Assembly (NCBI GenBank): GCA_043228905.1
Contig: JBHGNT010000006.1
Coordinates: 19,902,001 to 19,966,000, forward strand
Direction of reading: 5' to 3'
Source: Azolla caroliniana
Lineage: Eukaryota; Plantae; Polypodiophyta
Length of the DNA stretch: 64,000 nucleotides
The notes under the pieces were generated by a model that was not told where the DNA came from, made no database searches, and worked only from the letters and a program-made list of their open reading frames with translations. Positions within the stretch are counted from its first letter, which is position 1. Every line of letters begins with the position of its first letter. The translations under genes were made by a program, and so were the position numbers. Below, in pieces: positions 26,337 to 39,341 of this stretch.

Positions 26337-28066
26337 TGGCTCATGTCCAACCCTACTTGCCTGGTGAATATGGATCTCCCGCAAGGCAACCGTTCATCTT
26401 GGTGCTCCAAGATGAATGGATGTTAGAGATGTGTGAGCGACTGTCGATAAACAACTCTTGGGCAATCGACTCCACGTTTAAAACAAACCAATTTGGCTTG
26501 CCATTATATGCAGCTGTGGCTCCAAATGCCATGGGAGTTGGTATCCCATTATGGTACATGATATGTAGTTCTGATAAGGGGTCTAACCATGAGCAAGTAG
26601 CTTTAGAAACTTGCTTGAGAGTCATATTTGCACGGATGCCCAATGTGAGGCCAAATGCCATAGTCATCGATAAAAGTTGGACATCGTATAATGCCATAAG
26701 TAATGTGGTTGCAACAGACCGATTATCTTGGATAGTTACAAATGGGCAAAGGTCGCAAACACATTGTCGACTTTTGTTGTGTCACTTCCATGCAAAAAAA
26801 GCATGGTTGGACAACTTGTTGCCAAAGGTAAGTGCAAGTGAGAGAAACCACCTTTATAATCGGATGTGCCAACTCATGCAATGCATTACGGAATCCACAT
26901 TCAATGCCCAATGTGAGGACTTAAAGGTAGAATATGCAAACAAGCCAGGTGTTTGGCAATATATAGAAGGAGGATGGTGTGGCTTGACATGTGTGTGGAG
27001 GAAACTGTGGCCCAAATTTGGTAGAATGTTCAACTACGGACATGTTGACACTACCAATCTTGTGGAGAGACATTGGCAGTTTATCAAATATACTGCCTTA
27101 AGAGGGAGGATAAACCGATCAATTACCGATCTTGTGCATGTTTTAATCGGGGACAGTCAAACTGGCACTTGCATCGGGGGTACTGTTATTGAATGGTACA
27201 AGCAACCACAAGAAATATGTGAGAGTGGTAGATTTGCACCACGTGCAAATTGTAGGGATCAAACAACTAGACTTAAAGAGGCCGAAAGGCTACTAGAGAG
27301 GTATGAAACTAATAATGCGACAATGCATATTGTGGACGAGCCTCGATATTGGTTTAAAATATTGAGCTTGACAAAACCGGATGTATGGTATAATGTATTG
27401 CTCCAATGTTCATATTGTGATTGCCACGACCCTGCGAGTAAATGTAAGCATATACTTGGCATCAGGATGATTATTGAGAGGCACATGCCACATCTATGTG
27501 GGTCATTGCCTTTTATAGATCATGCAACCTATATGCGCAATGACCATTTCACAGAGACGGAAATGGAGACAGAGGTAGAACCAGTCGAGGAGACAAACCC
27601 TATAACATCACGAGTGGAGGAATGTTTGTCGAAATTACAAACGCTTGAGGGGGCTATTCAATGTTTTAAGCAAGGGTTACAATCCCTCGACTGTGCAGCA
27701 ATTTTGGCATGTATGGAGTCCATTCAAGAAACAAGTGAGACATTGGTGTATCACACAGGTGCACCGAAACCAACTAACGAAGAAGACCGTGGATCCATAG
27801 GGCGTAAGCAAGCAATTGGTGCAAAAAGGGGAGCATCAATCAACATTTCACAAGATCTTATTGGCAGCTCCCCAAACACTTCCAAGGCACACACAGGAAA
27901 AATGCAAAGAGGCGCAAGTCGAGCTAGGAGGCGGTTGCCAATATGTGCGACAGATAAAATGCGATGCTTGCATTGTGATGCCTTGACCTTTAGATCAAGG
28001 GACTCAAATGTTGATTGTTGCAAGAATTGTGGTCGCATCTTGCCATCATCTCCGGATGAGCCATAA
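26337..28066 (+). CDS. Mutator/MULE DDE transposase with SWIM Zn finger (N-terminus absent)
   Basis: WAIDSTFKTN (D1), IVIDKS (D2), LCHFHAKKAW (CxxH), TTNLVERHW (E), SWIM CDC...CKHI, C-terminal CxxC...CxxC. Confidence 0.92.
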
Positions 28067-28348
28067 ATGTTTGGTAACTTTCAACTTTTATGTTTTGCCA
28101 GGATTATTTGTTTTAACAGAAGTATGGTAAAGATCGTCGGTTTTAAGTAATTTAAGGTTGAATTTTGTGACTATTTGATATGTTATTGTAAGTTTACATT
28201 CTTCGTTTTATGTTTTAAATGTTTTTTAACTTTCAACTTTTATGTTTTAATATGATTATTTGTTTTAACATAAGTATGGTAAAGATCGTCGGTTTTAAGT
28301 ATTTTAAGGTTGAATTTTGTGACTATTTGATATGTTATTGTAAGTTTT
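28064..28348. repeat. ~150-bp tandem duplication 3' of the transposase
   Basis: AACTTTCAACTTTTATGTTTT...GTTATTGTAAGTTT occurs twice. Confidence 0.85.
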
Positions 28349-28397
28349 AAGGGTAATTAACAAGCTTATTTGAAGATTTTGGTTGGAATGATACATT

Positions 28398-28775
28398 TGG
28401 TTGGGCGACCTGCAACGGTTGGGAGACCAATCGGTTGGGCAACCTGTAACTGTCAAGGTTGGGTGACCTAAAACGGTTGGGCAACTTGCAACAGTCATAG
28501 TTGGGTGACCAATTTCGGTTGGGCGACCAACGACTCAGAGTTGGGTGACCTCTGACAGGGTTGGGTGACCATCGACTCAGAGTTGGGTGACCTCTGACAG
28601 GGTTGGGTGACCATCGACTCAGAGTTGGGCGACCTCTGACAACTTTTTTTTTCGCGCGCTCTTCCTTATCGAAATCTGACGGTGCAGATCGCACGCACCT
28701 TCCTCTAGGCGACCTGCACCGTCTGTGGCCGCGATTCCCTCACCAGCCCTCTTTATGATTTGGTGCAGGATAGCA
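28398..28775. mobile_element. Right end of the MULE: GTTGGG(C/T)GACC subterminal repeats plus TIR
   Basis: About 12 GTTGGG(C/T/A)(G/A)AC motifs at ~20-bp spacing. 28660-28775 is homologous to the TIR at 25040-25149 (ATCTGACGGTGC...GATTCCCTC...TTATGATTTGGT) and is followed by (TG)n/(TATG)n. Confidence 0.8.
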
Positions 28776-28782
28776 ACGAGCA

Positions 28783-28817
<35 letters not shown>

Positions 28818-31800
28818 ATGTATGTATGTATGTATGTATGTATGTATGTATATTTTAGTATTAATTACACATTTGTCTCCTTCTCCTTCTCCTCCTCCTC
28901 CTCCTCCCTCTTCTTTCTTCTTCTTCTCTGGAGTCTGCAGGAAAAAGGAAGGGCTTTCTTCCTTTGTGTTATTCGATCCATCGCCCAACGAAGAAGAGCT
29001 TGCGGCTCCATCGCCGCATATCAATCCCAGGTTCCTTTCCTCTCCTCTTTTTCCATGTAAATCCTTTATTATTCTTCACTGCTGTTTTCCTGCGGTAGAT
29101 CTGTCTGTTTCTTCGTCTTCTGTCCTCCTTACGCTCCAAGCGTTGAAGGAATATTCCTCTCACTTATTAAGGCGCGTGCGAACCTGTCCCTGATTCTTTC
29201 TGGAATATTCTAGAAGATTCTGTATTTTTCGATTAGACACCGTCATCGAGCTGCTGCCCGAGCGCATCATCTCACGATCGCTCAGTGTGAGATGATGCGC
29301 TCAGTGTCTTTTTGCAACAAGTCAGGAACTCTTTTGATACTGAATAGCTTGTAATTTTTCTTAGTTTTTCATCAATAATAGAACTATATATTTTTATAAA
29401 GTCTGGACTTGGAAACTTTTCTTTAGCTATTGGCATGTTTCTGTATTGAACTATGAGAAAACCACAAATGTATAGGAAATTACTAGAAATTTCCTATATT
29501 TATGTTAGATTTCCTGATATAAATGTGTCCAACTAATGTTTTATGAGATTATGAGAAAGAACGGCAGTTTCTTAATTTAGCATAAAATTGATATTTTAGA
29601 AAAAAATTCCCTTTTTTGTGTCAGAATTTGTTCCCTCTATAATTGTTTCAACCCACTTTGTATGAGATTATGAGGAAAAAAACACAGAATACCTGCGTAT
29701 AAAGATCTTTGCTGATATTTATGCACATGAATCAGTTCTTGGTAAAGAGATTCCATGAAAATATTGTTTTATGTGGAAAAGCATGTAACTTTTACTGGTT
29801 TTTGTATGGGAAAGCATAAAATTTATTGGTTCAAAAGGCTTTAGCATGTTGGTTTTTCATATTTCTAGGTTGCAAGAATACAGCACAGACAATATCCTTT
29901 GGCTTGCCATGAACTTTGGAACAGATGTGATTGCAATTACCAGTCTTATAGGTCCAATCCCACCCTCCTAACCTACCATATGTGAACCTTCACCCAAGTG
30001 CCATAACTTCATGTGAACAAAAATTCTTCGTTGTTTGCTGCAATATCAGATTTTGGTCTCTCCGTTCATGTTTTGGTTTAGCCCAAACCTAGGTTCTTGA
30101 GAGATTATCCCCAAAATGTTCTTGACTTCAAAAGAATATCCTCTATGGGGATGAAAGGCAACTTCATGATTTTTGTTGTGTTGGGGATCTGTACTTTTTA
30201 GTTGACAATTCATTACTATTAGTGCTAAGAAAATTAATTTTCATGTCATTTAGCCTTGCTGTTAGTAGTGAAATAAATTTGTTGACCTTTACATTTCAGG
30301 AATGTCTTTTCTCCAGCGTTTCTATACTTTTAGATTGGTGTATATGAAACATAGACCATCACTATCATAACAATATAGTTTTGTTGATCAGCTTGATTGT
30401 TGTTTTGTCAATGTTGTATTGACTTGTGTACCATCAATTCTAATATATGTTACATGGATCGATGGCTAGAGTGCCTGCAAGTCAATAGAATTTTATGATT
30501 CTTGAGGTGTCTTAGGTTCTCATATTGATGAGGGTTATCTTGGCTTCTGTTTTACTCAGGTATCTAAAGATGTTAAGGGGTGTGTATAGGAAATTAACTT
30601 CAAGTTCGTGCATAATTTCAACCAAGGTCCCCAAGGCCTGGACAGCAAACAATGATTCAGGTTTAAAAAGTATTGAGGATCTAGGAAGGATCAATACCCC
30701 CATGGGTTTGGCAGCTTGGAAATACCCAATCGTCAGAGGTCCCTTTCTCTTTAATCCTTGTTTGTTGTGTTTTTTGCATATGAAAATATATCCACTATTA
30801 TCCTCACCCCTTTGATTTCATTTTAAGTTAGTGACACTATAGTTTGAACCATTGCTTGTTTTGGATCTCATAGAAGATTCTAATGTCAATAAGTTTAACA
30901 TATACATCCATGACTAGTGGAAAGAAACTGGGAATGTGAATATGTTGGTGATTCTAAGGCTTGAAATTGTGAAGGGTGTAAGTTCTAAACATATTGAAAC
31001 CCTCAAACTTTTAGAGAGTTTTCTAGTATAAATACACAACGTAGTCCCATAAATGTTTGAAAATCCAGATTGAGAAAACATATTGACATAAAGTGTCCAT
31101 GAATGGTGAATCGGGACATTGATTAACATTATCTATCTATCTATCTATATAACAAAGCTTTAGCATGAATAGATTGTTGTGCTAGAAGCCCTTATCTATA
31201 TAACTAAGCTTTAGCATGAATAGATCGTTGAATCGTTTTGTTGTGCTAGAAACCCATATGGATATGAAGGAGAGTTGGGGTCTAACAACCACCCATGGGA
31301 GTCCATCTCATACTATCCACAGAGGTTATTAACATGAATAATGGGAATATGTAGTCAGTTTTGGATATAGCCGGCCATTTCATCTTCCATTAGGGTGGAG
31401 TCCCTTCTTAGAGTGATGGTGATGAGGGGAAGAATATGCATCAAAATCCTCGGTATGTTTACTACAGAATAGGGGTGGCCAAGGTTTATCCACTTGATAT
31501 TTGGGCCTATCTCTAGCCTTAATTTGACCCCTAATGCATAGTTAAAATTGTCAATCAACATCATATATATTTCTTTTACAAACGTTTATATGTGGTTTTT
31601 GCCATATTACAATGCTAGAGGAATTTCTCGTTGCATTGATAGAAGAATCTGATGCTTGCAATCTCAACTTTTGTCTCTGAACTCGGAACCCATGTTCTTC
31701 CTATGTCAATGTCTTCTTTTGTGAAGAAGCAGTATCCTCAAGACTCTCAGTGACATGAGTGTTGTGGACCTAATCTTCTGTGGTCATGCTACATATGATT

Positions 31801-32256
31801 TAACGTGGACCTAACCGAGATATGAGATTGTGGCTGGAGCACTCAGGGTACACATGCAGACAAAAGCCATGAACTTTTCTTGTTGAATTACAGCGTCAAA
31901 TCTAATCACAACACTAATTCACCTTTGTCATGTCTATCCCCATGTTTAGTTTAACGGTTTAACCTAATTTATGTGGGGTTAAATTTTGTAAGTACTAAGG
32001 GGATGATAGATAGTATAAGGACAAATGTGGTCACTCATGTATAGATGTATTTGTTGTGTGACATGTGGATTATCATATGCTGATGGGTAAGGAGGATTGA
32101 AGAGTCCATATGGTTGAAAGTTTCTTGTAAAAAAATTCTATGCTTTCTGGATTGTAATCTGTGTTTTAGCTCTTCTTAACTGTGTGTACTATGAACCTTG
32201 TTTACCATGCACATATTTATTAACTTTACGTCAACCAACTTTTTCGTAATGTGCAG

Positions 32257-32879
32257 CTTTGTCGAGTGAGGTTGTGACACAAACTTCTGGAGCATCTGCT
32301 GTTAGTGTGGTAAAGGGTCCCGATTCGAACATTGTGTATGATGAATCTGTCCATGAGAGATATCCTCCAGGTGACCCAAGCAAGCAGGCATTCACATACT
32401 TCGTTATGACAGGAGGAAGGTTTATCTATGCATCTATGATCCGCTTGGCTATACTGAAGTTCATATTGAGTATGTCAGCAAGTAAAGACGTTTTAGCTCT
32501 TGCTTCTTTAGAGGTTGATCTGAGCAACATAGCACCTGGCTCAACAGTTACAGTGAAATGGAGAGGCAAGCCAGTTTTTATTCGTCACCGAACTGATGAG
32601 GACATTAAATCGGCAAATAATGTGACTCTAAGTGAGTTGAGGGATCCTCAAACAGATTCAGAGAGGGTCATTTCCCCTCAATGGCTTGTTGTAGTTGGAG
32701 TTTGTACTCATCTTGGATGTGTTCCATTGCCGAATGCTGGGGAGTATGGAGGTTGGTTCTGTCCTTGCCATGGTTCTCACTATGATATCTCTGGAAGAGT
32801 AAGGAAAGGCCCTGCCCCGTATAATCTAGAGGTGCCGACATACAAGTTCTTAGAAGAACAGAAATTGCTGGTTGGTTAG
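32257..32879 (+). CDS. RIP1: Mitochondrial cytochrome bc1 Rieske iron-sulfur protein, last exon
   Basis: CTHLGC and CPCHGS 2Fe-2S motifs, [12 protein letters not shown], plant-type [12 protein letters not shown]; TGCAG acceptor at 32256. The upstream presequence exons (~28900-30160) were not resolved. Confidence 0.95.
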
Positions 32880-33566
32880 ATGCGCGTGTGCAACCCTGAT
32901 TTGTGCTCAAAGACCTGTTTTGTTTTTATAACTGGCATTAAGCTTTTGGTTTCTACTGTAAAGGTAGAAATGAGGAATTTGCTGTGGAAAACATCAATAA
33001 GTTGCATCTCAAGAAGTCCCTTTACAATGTAAATGAGGAACTGGACTCTTTGTCTAGAGCATGGAGCTCAGAAACATTAGTTTGATAATTTGATATTCTT
33101 GAACATTTAAGATAATACTTATTTTCAACTTTATAGTTCTTTGATTACCTCACAGTGAATCATTCAAATTATTATTCGTAATTTGTAATCGTTTCACATT
33201 CTTGTTCTGGTAGCTTAAAATGAAGAGCTTTGGCCTACCTTAGTTCAATGAGTGATTTATTAGTCTTCTTAGTCTTAGTCTTCATGCAAAGCTTATAACC
33301 TTAGTTTTTCATGGAGTACATGTATGTCATATTGTTATGTTGAAATTGGATGATAGTGGTTACTTGTTTACAAGATAAAGACAATTAATTTTATTATGTC
33401 TTCTTTGCAACAAAATGAAGATGAGTGTTGTTGAGGGAGGTATTCTGATTTTCCTACTATTCTACTCGATTTGTTTGCATTGTCAGAAACTACGTAGATG
33501 GCATTTTATTAAATGTACAACAAGAAGATACTACTTTGGTTAGATTCTATATGTAATATGCATAGT

Positions 33567-33833
33567 TTTGACCCTGCTATTTTATCAACTAAACAAGACA
33601 AATGTATAATTAATTTTTGGATGTGAATGACTTGTATCTTCTTAGATGCTACCAAGTTAAAATTTTGTGTCCCCTAGAAAATGCGCCTTATTAATTTGCT
33701 TTGACCCTGCTATTTTATCAACTAAACAAGACAAATGTATAATTAATTTTTGGATGTGAATGACTTGTATCTTCTTAGATGCTACCAAGTTAAAATTTTG
33801 TGTCCCCCAGAAAATGCGCCTTATTTATTTGCT
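33567..33833. repeat. 133-bp tandem duplication
   Basis: TTTGACCCTGCTATTTTATC...GCGCCTTATT(A/T)ATTTGCT occurs twice, nearly identical. Confidence 0.95.
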
Positions 33834-35039
33834 GGTTAGTTTTATTTGGTTTTGATGGGGTTTTCTTCCCAATCATTTTTCTAACCCTTGCTACCCCTTA
33901 TTAGCCATGCGGATTATCCATAGGGTTTTGACTTGTGAGCCTATTATGTGTTTGCTTTTAATCAAGTAATTATCGTAACTTGATCACTCAAGTAATTAAC
34001 TTATAACTACTTTAAAAACCTCTATCCACAAATTATAAGGTTAATGTTTTTCCCTACATATGAGTGAGTCATTCCAAAGGACTATTTATATGCATTAAAT
34101 TGTAACAAAGAAAGCAAGGTGGGCTCATATTTATTAGAGCTTGGTTTGGATTTGTTAGAATTAAAACATCTTTTAGTTCCTAACACTAATTAACATTGGA
34201 ACCACGGTTACAAATTATTCCTAGGGAATAAACCTTGACTTTAAATATTTCTTTTGAGGTAACTTAACGAATGCTCACAAATGTTCTTGTATCGAAAAAC
34301 TACTTTTTGTCTAGGTAATGAAAATGGAATGCATTTTAGGAATCTTGATAAATACAAAGAGACAATTTGTTGAAAATATCCCTTGCATGTTCCTCCCAAG
34401 GGAACTCAACCCACACCGTCAAGTCTTATATACTCGAGCAATAACTATTCTATAATTTGTACCTCTTACGTGAGCAGATATTTCGAAAGCAAGCCTACTT
34501 GGTTAGAAGGTAAAAGTAAAGATGTGCTCATTAGCAAAATCGTGAATAAGAAGCACATGGATATGACTTTTTGCAAAGAGTACAAATCATGAATCTACAT
34601 TATCTATACATTGACTGGATTTTTTACGATGCATTGCAAACATGGGACTCAAAGAAATGACCAAACTTTCAAAAAATGTATTTTATTTGTTTGGGTGTAG
34701 ATAATTTCAAGTAATTAGAAAAATTTAACTCTCCTTATATAATTGAAATTGAACGAGGCTGAAGCTTGTAGGGAAACTATACATAATTTACAATTATTAC
34801 AAAATAAAATTGCGTGTAAAGATATTTATTATTCATCTATGTACATAATTCAGAGTTATTAGGGGGAAAATTAAGGGTTCCTATTTGAAAAGGAAATAAA
34901 AGAAAATGTTGTAGTTTGCAAAAAAAAAAAACTACTATGTAAAATCATTCATTATGTGTATAGATAGTCTAGTGTAAGTAGATACTATTTTGACAATAGT
35001 TTAGAGTAATATTTATACTTGAAATTTCATGGCTAAATG

Positions 35040-36310
35040 CAAACTTCGAAGTTTCTTGTGAGGCCGTATTGTACCTTAGAGATAGAATTGGATAAAAAAA
35101 AACATTCTATTCTAAGGGAACATCCTCTTCTTGACAAGAAGGAACCACTAAATGATTTACGTATTTTAGTTTACGTCAAAGTGAAGGTACTTTTCTCCAT
35201 CATTAATCTTAAACTACCACAATGATTCATTAACAAAAAGTTCTCTGCACTAGAAAGGAATTGACCTACAAGTGTAATAGAGTTGTATGCGATAATTCAA
35301 GAACTCAAGACATGATGATGTTCATTGTTCACTACTTGTGCGGAGCCGAGGTTCGAAGCTTGAACAACCATTCCATGTCAAAATGCTTACACAATAAACT
35401 AGAACCAATGCCACAATAGATGGGAACATCTCATGTAGGAGTTCCACATAGAAATTGAGTATTATAGGGAGAAAGATAATATAATGGTCTGTGCTTTGTC
35501 TACACTTGTGTATGAGATGAGTTTCAACATGGTTGAAAGTGAGATGTCACACACTATACATGAAGCTCAGAAAATAGGCACATTTATTTAGAATAAGTGA
35601 ATTGGGGCCAACTATCTACATAAAAATGAAACCAATATCCATTTTCCCATTAGGCCATCACCCTCAAAGTTCTATCTATTGACCCAGGGTTGCTAAAGAG
35701 AAAAGGAAAATATGTGTTATGCAGATTTCCAGTGTCAAGAACCAAGGTATCAAGGATTGCATGAAAGTCCATGTGTTGGACATTCAAGCATGAAGAAAAA
35801 TTTGCAAAAGTTAAGTGCCACAATTGGGGGTGTCATATTGACAAGGATTTCCCAGACTATGTGTCTTGATGCGTTGCTTGTCCTACTTCGAACTTCTATG
35901 CGTGAGAGAGTATGTTATCTTATAATGTTGCAACCTTTTGCCCATCCTAAATAGGGAATGGCAAAGCATGTCCATGGATTTCTTTGTGGGTTTGCCTTGT
36001 ACTAAACCTTAACACATATCAACATTGGTTATGGTTAAATAGTTGACAAGGATTTCTAGGCGGCATTCCATGTTTGTGGGCCACAATTCATTTCAAACTT
36101 CTAGAAGCACTTGTGAAAGATACTTAGGATTTCCTTTAAGCTCTCTTAAACCTATTGTCCACAGAGTGCCATCCAGAATTGAATTTAGAACTAAGATGTT
36201 AGAGTAGTACCTTTGTTGCTTCATCAATTACCATTAGGATGATTGGGTTGACTGCTTGCATTTTGCAAACTTTGCTTATAATCATTCAATAAATTCTTCT
36301 ACCAGACATA
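35040..36310 (+). mobile_element. Degraded Ty3/gypsy RNase H-integrase
   Basis: FSALERN*PTSVIELYAI, EKDNIMVCALS, HESPCVGH, MSMDFFVGLP, DDWVDCLHFANFAYN in broken frames. Confidence 0.75.
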
Positions 36311-37709
36311 CTTCAATATTCTCTGAAACACAAATCGTTACCACACATCAAAAACATTGTATACATATCACTAATTATCGACACCTCAACACATGACTTG
36401 GAACTTGTGGTTGTGACCTACTTCTATGATGCTAGTTATGGTTCAATGCTCTACACCTTTTAGATGAAACAAAGCAGTCCACACCATCAAGCTACACAAA
36501 AACAATATTCCAACACATTCCCAATGTTGGCTATGGTGGGGCTCAAATTCTTTCTCGGAATTGACCCATGGGAGGATATATGTTGACCTTATTTGATAGT
36601 TTGTAGAATGATATCAACGAAAAACTAGTCATGTAGTAATGTATGTCTCCAACAACCAACCCCCCATTGAGTTCTTGTTCTCTATGGAGGATATAGAAAA
36701 CACTCTACCTCCCAAGAGACAGTGTCTCCTTTACCCATCCCCACATACTTTGAAGATATACCTAACATCATCATTCCAAAACTATGGTGGCACTTGATGA
36801 ATGTGCCAAGCGAACTACATGATATATGTCGAGAGTCATCCCAAGTCATTGATGCAACCAACAATGACAATGTTCAACATGCACATCAAAAGCTTGTATT
36901 CTAGGCAACATACATGTTGATGTTTGATTGGTCCCGCTATTCTTTGTTGTTCAAACCTTAAATTTCAAGGTAGCATGTATCGAAAATTACAAGACCTATA
37001 TCTTTACTAGATATGGAGAACTACATTAAAATTAAATGTTGGCTTACTATCACGGTAATGTTATGTAGTGTGGCACACCGATGGTATTTTATGTTTGTCA
37101 CAAGCCCTTCCCTCGGAAGTAGTAATCAAGTGTGGTTAAGCACATTTAGCCCATTCCTTTCCTTAATCTCTCATTCTTTTGTTCATCATTAGTTTGATCT
37201 GTAATAGTTCCTATGATTAATTGATTGGGACCATGAGCTCGTGTTTAGTATCATATAATAAATTGGTAACGTTTCATAGCTTGGAAATTTGCTGAAGGGA
37301 AAAATCATCAGAACTTTTGTAATTTGGAAAAATTTATAAAATATTGTAGGTTTTACTCAGAAACCCATTATGGAGAATACAGATATTTCCATGGCTTATG
37401 ATGTTCCAGAGAATGGCCACTTCTGAACGCATCATGACATGAGGATTATGATAGCCCCATATTGAAAAGCCCTCGTATCCTTCCTTCTTAACCACCTTTT
37501 ACATAGAGAATGATGAGACAGCAAATTAAATCAATTGTTGTTGCCCTAGTTTAACACATAGGTATAAGGCTAAGTATGTGGCCATTGTATTATATAAGCC
37601 CAATAGAAGATAATCATTGTAATGTTAAGGCTTAAGCATTTCATGTAGAGAGAAAGAGAAAGAGAAAGAGAAAGAGAGAGGATTCATGAAGCTCTGACTT
37701 AGTTAGTAT

Positions 37710-39341
37710 ATGAAGAACTTAGAAGGTTTCACCTTTGTGGCCTTACTCAAGGCTTGTACCAAGAGAAAGGATGTCCAGAAAGGCATCAGATTACATGATG
37801 AGATCTTAAGAAGAGGTCTGCTTGACAGAAAGAACCCTTATGTAGCAAGTACTTTGATCAATATGTATTCCAAATGTGGTATGCTTGAGAAAGCAAAATA
37901 TGTGCTTGGAAAGCTTCCGGTTCGAGACATAGTCTCTTGGAATGCACTCATGTCTGGGTATGCTCACCATAAGCAATTTCATGAAGTGCTAGAATGTTTT
38001 GATCGCATGCAAAAGGAATGTCTTTCGCCGGATGTGGTTAGTTTTATATGTATCTTGAAGGCATGTGGTAGTACAAGAAACATAGAAAAAGGCAAACAAA
38101 TCTATGATGTCGTTGTGAATAGCGGGTTGTTGGAGAAACATGTGGAGCTCGGAAATGTTTTGGTGGATATGTATGCAAAATGTGGTATGCTTGAGAAAGC
38201 GAAGCAAGTGTTAGAAGAGCTTCACATACGGAATGTTGTCTCTTGGTCTTCATTAATTGGTGGATATGTCCAACAAGGTCAAGGTGAAGAAGCATTGAGT
38301 TGCTTTGAGAGAATGCAAAGTGAAGGATGCCCTCCAGATGCAATCACATTTAGTTCTATCCTAAAAGCTTGTGCTATTACTGCAGCCATATGTAAGGGTA
38401 GCATCATTCATGAAAAGATTGTGAGTAGGGGATTGTTAGAGAAGGACATCGTTCTTGGAACTTCTTTAGTGGATATGTATGCTAAATGTGGTATGCTTGC
38501 AAAAGCACAAAAGGTTCTCAAAGAGCTTCATATTAAAAATGTTGTCTCATGGAATGCATTAATTGCAGGATATGCCCAACAAGGGCAAGGTCATGAAGCA
38601 TTGAGCTGTTTTGAGCATATGCAAAGCAAAGGTGGCCCTTCTCCAGATGCAGTTACTTTCACTTGTGCTTTGAAGGCTTGTGGTAGCATAGGAGCAATAG
38701 ACAAGGGCAAACATATTCACGATGAGATTTTGCATAGAGGATTTTTGGAGAAGGATACTATGCTTGGTAATGCTTTGGTGGATATGTATGCCAAGTGTGG
38801 TATGCTTGCAAAAGCACGACAAGTAATTGAGGAGCTTCCTGTACGAAATGTAATCTCTTGGAATGCACTAATTTCTGGGCATGCCCAAGGAGGACAAGGT
38901 CGTGAAGCATTAAACTGCTTTCAATATATGCAAAGTGATGGTTTATCACCTGATGAGGTTACTTTCCAATGTGTTTTACGAGCATGCACTCATGCAGGAT
39001 TATTAGATGAAGCTCAGTTGATGTTTGCAAACATTTGTAGAAATAATACCATCATCCCGAGCATAGAGCACCATAGTTGTGTATTGGTTGTTTTGGGATG
39101 TGCTGGGTACTTTGATGAAGTGTTATCCGTGACTAAAGTGATGCCATTTTCTGATCATCCTATAGTTTGGCTTGCAGTGTTGAATGCTTGTAGAAAATGG
39201 GGCAATGTGAAACTTGCGAAATTTGCTTTCAATCAAATAGTTGAATTTGATCATAATTGTGCTGCTGCAGATGTTCTTATCTCTGATGTTTTTGCAGCTG
39301 CTGACATGAAGGTCGAATCTATGAAATTGAAGCATGAGTGA
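37710..39341 (+). CDS. PLS-class PPR protein, E subclass (~14 motifs)
   Basis: 543-aa ORF with PLS triplets and the E motif WLAVLNACRKWGNVKLA. Confidence 0.93.
   Translation: MKNLEGFTFVALLKACTKRKDVQKGIRLHDEILRRGLLDRKNPYVASTLINMYSKCGMLEKAKYVLGKLPVRDIVSWNALMSGYAHHKQFHEVLECFDRMQKECLSPDVVSFICILKACGSTRNIEKGKQIYDVVVNSGLLEKHVELGNVLVDMYAKCGMLEKAKQVLEELHIRNVVSWSSLIGGYVQQGQGEEALSCFERMQSEGCPPDAITFSSILKACAITAAICKGSIIHEKIVSRGLLEKDIVLGTSLVDMYAKCGMLAKAQKVLKELHIKNVVSWNALIAGYAQQGQGHEALSCFEHMQSKGGPSPDAVTFTCALKACGSIGAIDKGKHIHDEILHRGFLEKDTMLGNALVDMYAKCGMLAKARQVIEELPVRNVISWNALISGHAQGGQGREALNCFQYMQSDGLSPDEVTFQCVLRACTHAGLLDEAQLMFANICRNNTIIPSIEHHSCVLVVLGCAGYFDEVLSVTKVMPFSDHPIVWLAVLNACRKWGNVKLAKFAFNQIVEFDHNCAAADVLISDVFAAADMKVESMKLKHE

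Noticed and set aside
23605-28640. Regular repeat arrays as CRISPR-like loci
   Set aside because: The intervening sequences are themselves repeated (no unique spacers), there are no cas genes, and the context is a eukaryotic TE.
28725-29193. Short ORFs through microsatellites (also ~21374-21649 and 48342-48890)
   Set aside because: They are low-complexity translations of simple repeats or UTRs.
30500-31560. Possible LINE ORF1 remnant (-) in the Rieske intron
   Set aside because: Only a weak GPLTIG-like similarity, which is insufficient support.
16925-37550. In-frame TAG/TGA stops in the PDF relics being repaired by U-to-C editing
   Set aside because: These are nuclear sequences, the expected codons are TGG (G>A decay), and frameshifts co-occur.
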